Both the position numbers and the translations under genes were made by a program. Shown piece by piece: positions 59,457-64,000 of a stretch of 64,000 bases of DNA. The first letter of the stretch is position 1. Each line of letters begins with the position of its first letter. Under the pieces are notes generated by a model. That model worked only from the letters and a program-made list of their open reading frames with translations, did not search any database and was not told the DNA's origin. This DNA comes from Octopus bimaculoides (Eukaryota), in the NCBI RefSeq assembly GCF_001194135.2, contig NC_069009.1:8489900-8553899 (forward strand). Reading direction: 5' to 3'.

Positions 59457-62164
59457 GTAAGTATGTGTGTGTATGTGTGTGTGTCTACGTGCATGTATCT
59501 CACTCTCTCTAATCCTGGGTAGCTTCAATAACACCTCACCTTCGGTCTATTGTTGTCGTGTTTAACCCCAGGTCAGCTCTGATGAAGTAGTCTTAAGATC
59601 AAAGATATTCTAACCATGTCCATCCTGTCTCTTAATCTTTCAGTAACTACAGTGTATCATTTATGATTGTAAGGTGTAATTTGAGGGAAATGTGACTGCT
59701 ATTTCTAGCATTGCAACCTAGTCTATCTCATGTTTTCTGCATATCAGGAACCACTTTGAATAATGTGCCCTTTTCCTTTAAGAGAGAAGGATGTGATTTG
59801 AGGGAGATTTTACTGCTATTTCTTGCATTTTAATGCAATACTGTTAGACAGACAGAGAGTGATAACCTAATACCTCTTCACCTTCTTTTATAGTTTTCCC
59901 CTTCACTAGTTCCCCATTTCTGCCTCTTCCCACCCCTCACAAGAAACAAAATTTTATGTACAGTACAGTATATTAGAGTAGACGTATTAATTAAATATCT
60001 AATCACTTAAAACCAACATTATATTATTAATTACAATCATGAGGTAGTGAGTTCAATTCTCAGACTGGGCTGTGTGTTGTGCTCTTGAGCAAGACAGTTT
60101 ATTTCATGTTGCTCCAATTCACTCAGCTGTAGAAATGAGTTGCAATGTCACTGGTGCCAAGCTGTATCGGCCCCTTATCCTTTCCCGTTGGATAACATGG
60201 GTATCGTGGAGAGAAGGGAGGCTGGTATGCAAGGGGCAACTGCTGGTCTTCCATAAACAACCTTGCCCAGACTTATGCCTTGCAGGGGAATTTTCTAGGT
60301 GCAATTCCATGGTCATTCATGACCGAAGGTCTTTACCCTTTATTCTGTTCTCCCTCTCTTCCATTCTCCCTCTGAGGGTTTTAGGGGCTCATAGTGATGT
60401 CACTAGTGCTGGTACTACAATAACATGTACCCAGAACACTCTGTAAAGTGGTTGGTGAAGCCATCTAGAGTCCTGATGACTCTTTGACTTTTAAACCAGC
60501 CATATCCAGCCAAAATATTCTCTGTTTTATCTTCAAACTGGCCAGATCTGGCCTCTCACACCTACACGACAATATTATTCTAAAAATAAACAATCACATC
60601 ATTGAAAAACTCAAAGCTACAAGGTAAAGCTTGACTAATTTAAGTCAACGTGAATAATAAGCATTACATTCGACTGAGAAATTTGAATGCTAATTGGTTA
60701 ATCTTATTGAGAACAAGGAAACTGCTCTTCCGCTGTTGTTATGAGACAGTATTGCCCCAGGGTTAGGAAAACCATCTAGCTAAGTCAAAAGGAAGACAAC
60801 CAACTGAGATGTGGTCCCCCAAGCCCATGTAGTTTGGAGAACCACATCTTCAAGTAAGAACTGACCAGACTGTAATGAACCCTGTGGTTTTCAGGGGTCT
60901 ATAGGGGTTCTTATAAGATTTTGTTGTTAAATTGGTTGTGTTTCTACAATAAACAAAATATATTAATGATTTTTTTATGCAGTTTTTGATAATATTAATC
61001 AGAAAAATATGATAGGACTTTTTTAAACATTGAATAGCTACGAGGTCCCACCCAAATAAAATATATATCAAAGGGGTCCTTAGGCAAAAGATGATTGAGG
61101 ACTACTGATCTGACCCATGCCAACATGGGAAACAAATGTAAAATAGTGATGAGGACATATAATCAACAGCAATTGATTATGTATTATTAATTTAGCTTTA
61201 ATTAGTGTCTTTATGTATTATTAATTTAGATGGTACATACCCAGAGGTGTTCAGACCAATCCTTCTGGTTGTATAAAGCACCAATGGCACAGGTACCACG
61301 TAATAGCACCTGTGTGGCAACACGTAAAGGTGCCTGTGCAGTGACACATAAAAGTGTCCATGCAGTGCCATGCAAAAGTACCCAGCACACTTTTTGAAGT
61401 GGTTGGTGTTAGGAAGGGCATCCAGTTGTAGAAACCATGCCAAATCAGGCAGGAGTCTGGTACAACACCCCCGCCCCCACCCCATCTTGCCAGCTCTGGT
61501 CACACCTTCCAACCCATACCAGCATGGACAACGGACGTTAAATGATAATGATAATGATGATAATTTCTTTAGTGAAAAAAGAAAATGCAGGAAGACCATT
61601 GAAATTATCATCATCATCATATGTCTGTTTTCCATACTGTCATGGGTTGGACGTTTCAACCAGAGCTGGTAAGACCAGGGGCTGCTTCAAGCTCTATTGT
61701 CTGTTCTGGCATGGTTTCTACAGCTGGATGCCCTTCCTAATGCCAACTACTCCACAGAGTGTATTAGGTGCTTTCTATGTGGCACCGGCACCAGTGCTTT
61801 CTATGTGGCACCAGCACCATTATCAATTCTGCTGTGGTAGACAGGTTCTCTTGAATACAACAATGTGCCAGACATCTCTGTTCTTAGTCATCTCCTTCAT
61901 AAGGTCAGTGTCTTGAGATGGGCCTTCAATACTTCATCCCGTGTCTACCTGGGTCTCCTTCTTCCACAAGTTCCATCCACTTTAAGTGATCGACACTTCT
62001 CAATCTAAATCTGATTTCTCACCACTGGATTCTCCAAAATTGCTTCCATAGAATTCTGAAATTTCCTTGAGGTGGTGCAAGGAGAATTCCCTACACCTAC
62101 CTTCCAATTAAGAATTGAGGATAAAAGTATGTAATCTCAACTGTCTGTGTCCTCTTTTCACCAG

Positions 62165-62234
62165 ATAAACTCAGCAGTACAAAATACCCCCTCTTCTCAC
62201 CACTGTCACCTTTGTTGGAGCCATTCAAAAACAA
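62165..62234 (+). CDS. PARN: PARN exon 15 (70 nt, DKLSSTKYPLFSPLSPLLEPFKNK)
   Basis: caccag|ATAAAC...AACAA|gtaagt; phases 1/2; LxEPFxNK motif. Confidence 0.92.
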
Positions 62235-62750
62235 GTAAGTACCGTGTTTATCCATTCTCTGTCTGTCTGTCTTAGCTCTTCCTGTCTTAACCATTGTCAC
62301 CATCTTTTCTCTCTCTCCATCTCTCTCTCTCCAAAATATTCAGTTTTTGTTTTCTTTTAACAATAGTATACAACTATCGCCATCACTAGACAACACTAAC
62401 AAAATAAGGGGATTTCTACACAGTTGTTTGGCCTGCTAAATAAGCAGCCAAATCTCCAAATTATAACCCTTTTCCTCTTCTGTGGGCCCTCAAATTCTGA
62501 TGGAGTTATTAAGGTTTGACATCTCACTACTGGACCCCGTAACTGTCAGTCAAATACTGAGATTAAGTTAAGCCTATAAACNNNNNNNNNNNNNNNNNNN
62601 NGTGAATATAAGACCAGCTTTGCCTTCCATCTTTCTGGGGCTGATGAAATAAAGTACCTGTCAAATATGGCAGTAGATTTAACCCTTTCATTACTATTCT
62701 TTTACTTGTTTCAGTCATTTGACTGCGGCTATGCTAGGGCACTGCCTTAA

Positions 62751-62973
62751 CCCCTTCGTTACTAATCTGGCTGAAACCAGCTTTGGATCTGAGTACAAAT
62801 GTCTTGTTTTCATAAGTTTTGAATTAAAATCTTCCACCAAACCTTAGTCACAATTTATGTTCCTGACACTAGCTTAATGATAGCTCAGTTAGTTTACTAA
62901 ATTCTTTGTTATATTTAAAACTAATTGAAAGAAACACAGAGAACATCTCAAAATAAATACAGTAATGAAAGGG
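62751..62973. mobile_element. TTAA-flanked MITE (second family) inserted in a SINE tail
   Basis: TTAA|CCCCTTCGTTACT...AGTAATGAAAGGG|TTAA; host SINE GCACTGCC-TTAA-AAGGTTTTTAG rejoins when it is removed. Confidence 0.85.
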
Positions 62974-63090
62974 TTAAAAGGTTTTTAGTTGAAGAAATTG
63001 ACTCCAGGATTTATTCTTTCTAAGCCTAGTACTACAAATGCCACTGCTACCACCACTAACACACCAACACCTTTTTCTCTACTTTTCTAG

Positions 63091-63146
63091 GTTGTTCATG
63101 AGTCGTGTACAAGACATTCCATACGTCAACGTTACAGGAAATGACA
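63091..63146 (+). CDS. PARN: PARN exon 16 (56 nt, LFMSRVQDIPYVNVTGND)
   Basis: ttctag|GTTGTT...ATGACA|gtgagt; corresponds to human LFLMRVMDIPYLNLEGPD. Confidence 0.95.
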
Positions 63147-63761
63147 GTGAGTGACCATTTTGTTTTTTTGTTTTTTGTCACCACATTTCACCTTTCATAT
63201 ATCTGAGGTTCCATACTTGTAGCAGTTTGACTGGTGACCTTCTCCAGCTCTGTGTCTTGCTCTCATTTGTTGCTTACTCTTAACATCTTTGTGACATTTA
63301 GCTTCTATGGGTCATTTTTCTCCATTTATATATCATCATGATTCCTTTCCAACGTAGATCCCTCCTACTTATCGCATGCCTTTCTCACCTTTGTCAGGTT
63401 TAACATCCTAAGATCAGCCTTCACTATTTCTGCCCATGCATTTCTTAGTCCTCTCCTACATTTTCCTTATACATGAATCTCTTACCTTGTGAGAGAATTT
63501 TAAAAGACAGAAATTGTGTGGAAGGCTGTCAGATATATTTGTTTATTGTTTATCTGTTTCAATCATTTGACAGGGGCCATGCTAGGGCACCGCCACAAAG
63601 AAGTTTAGTCAAATGAATCATCAACTCCAGTACTTAGTTTTTTAATCCTGGCACTTATTCTGTCTTCCCTTTTGCTGAACCGCAAAGTTATGGGGACATA
63701 AACATACTAACACCAGTTGTCAAGCAGTGATGTGAGACAAATACGCACACAAAGACACACA

Positions 63762-63801
<40 letters not shown>

Positions 63802-64000
63802 NNNNNNNNNNCACAAACATATGTACATCTTTCAGTTTCCATCTACCAAATCCACTCACAAAGCTTTGGTCAGCCTGAGGCTATAGCAGAAGACTCTTGC
63901 CTAAGTGCTACACAGTGGGACTGAACCCGGAACCATGTGGTTGGTAAGCAAGCTTCTTACCACACAGCTACACCTGCACTTGTATATATATATATATATA

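Larger units (their letters stand above)
13582..63146 (+). other. PARN: PARN gene span (16 coding exons in window, 3' end beyond window)
   Basis: Spliced translation MEVTRKNFYECIDLIQKSIEESDFVAIDGEFTG...FLLLQFGLCTF...FNFYIFPKPF...[29 protein letters not shown]...PCNGFQRKLLYQTL...AVGFSKII...VGHNMLLD...LIDTKLMAST...[24 protein letters not shown]...LFMSRVQDIPYVNVTGND is colinear with human PARN as I recall it; 15 complete GT-AG introns with matching phases. Confidence 0.97.

Noticed and set aside
13601-63152. U12-type introns or intronic snoRNA genes in PARN
   Set aside because: All donors are U2-type GT(A/G/C)AG-like, none GTATCCT; ATGATGA hits are RTE tails without a paired D box and terminal stem that I could see

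Overview
Gapped, repeat-dense, AT-rich animal genomic DNA. The microsatellite load and SINE/RTE families look like Octopus; this is inferred from repeat content only. One protein-coding gene is supported: a + strand PARN (poly(A)-specific ribonuclease, DEDD/CAF1 family) ortholog. I reconstructed 16 coding exons by hand, from ATG 13582 to the exon ending 63146 (1312 nt, about 437 codons). All introns are GT-AG, all phases are compatible, and the catalytic motifs IDGEF, GHNMLLD and HEAGYD are intact. The 3' exons (RRM/C-terminus) lie beyond the window. The supplied ORF track misses almost all of the gene and is dominated by N-gap and microsatellite artefacts. The rest is transposon-derived: RTE LINEs and their (GAT)n-tailed 3' ends, several tRNA-derived SINE families, two mariners, a Tc1/mariner, a decayed piggyBac, TTAA- and TA-flanked MITEs, a Helitron remnant, two Penelope GIY-YIG remnants, a gag-like zinc-knuckle ORF1, a probable solo LTR and a 5S rRNA pseudogene. 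The most unusual observations are: (1) decayed tandem copies of the splice acceptor plus exon start just upstream of PARN exons 4 and 11, which could act as decoy or poison acceptors; (2) two long intronic fold-backs, one carrying a minimal hammerhead-like motif whose sense copy is core-mutated; (3) a 52-bp telomere-like minisatellite; (4) a 5S-headed SINE chimera; (5) a SINE-head/ORF1/Penelope composite; and (6) RTE insertions at the same position of two MITE copies in opposite orientations. All alignments and identities were done by eye, and transposon boundaries are approximate unless a TSD/TIR is quoted.
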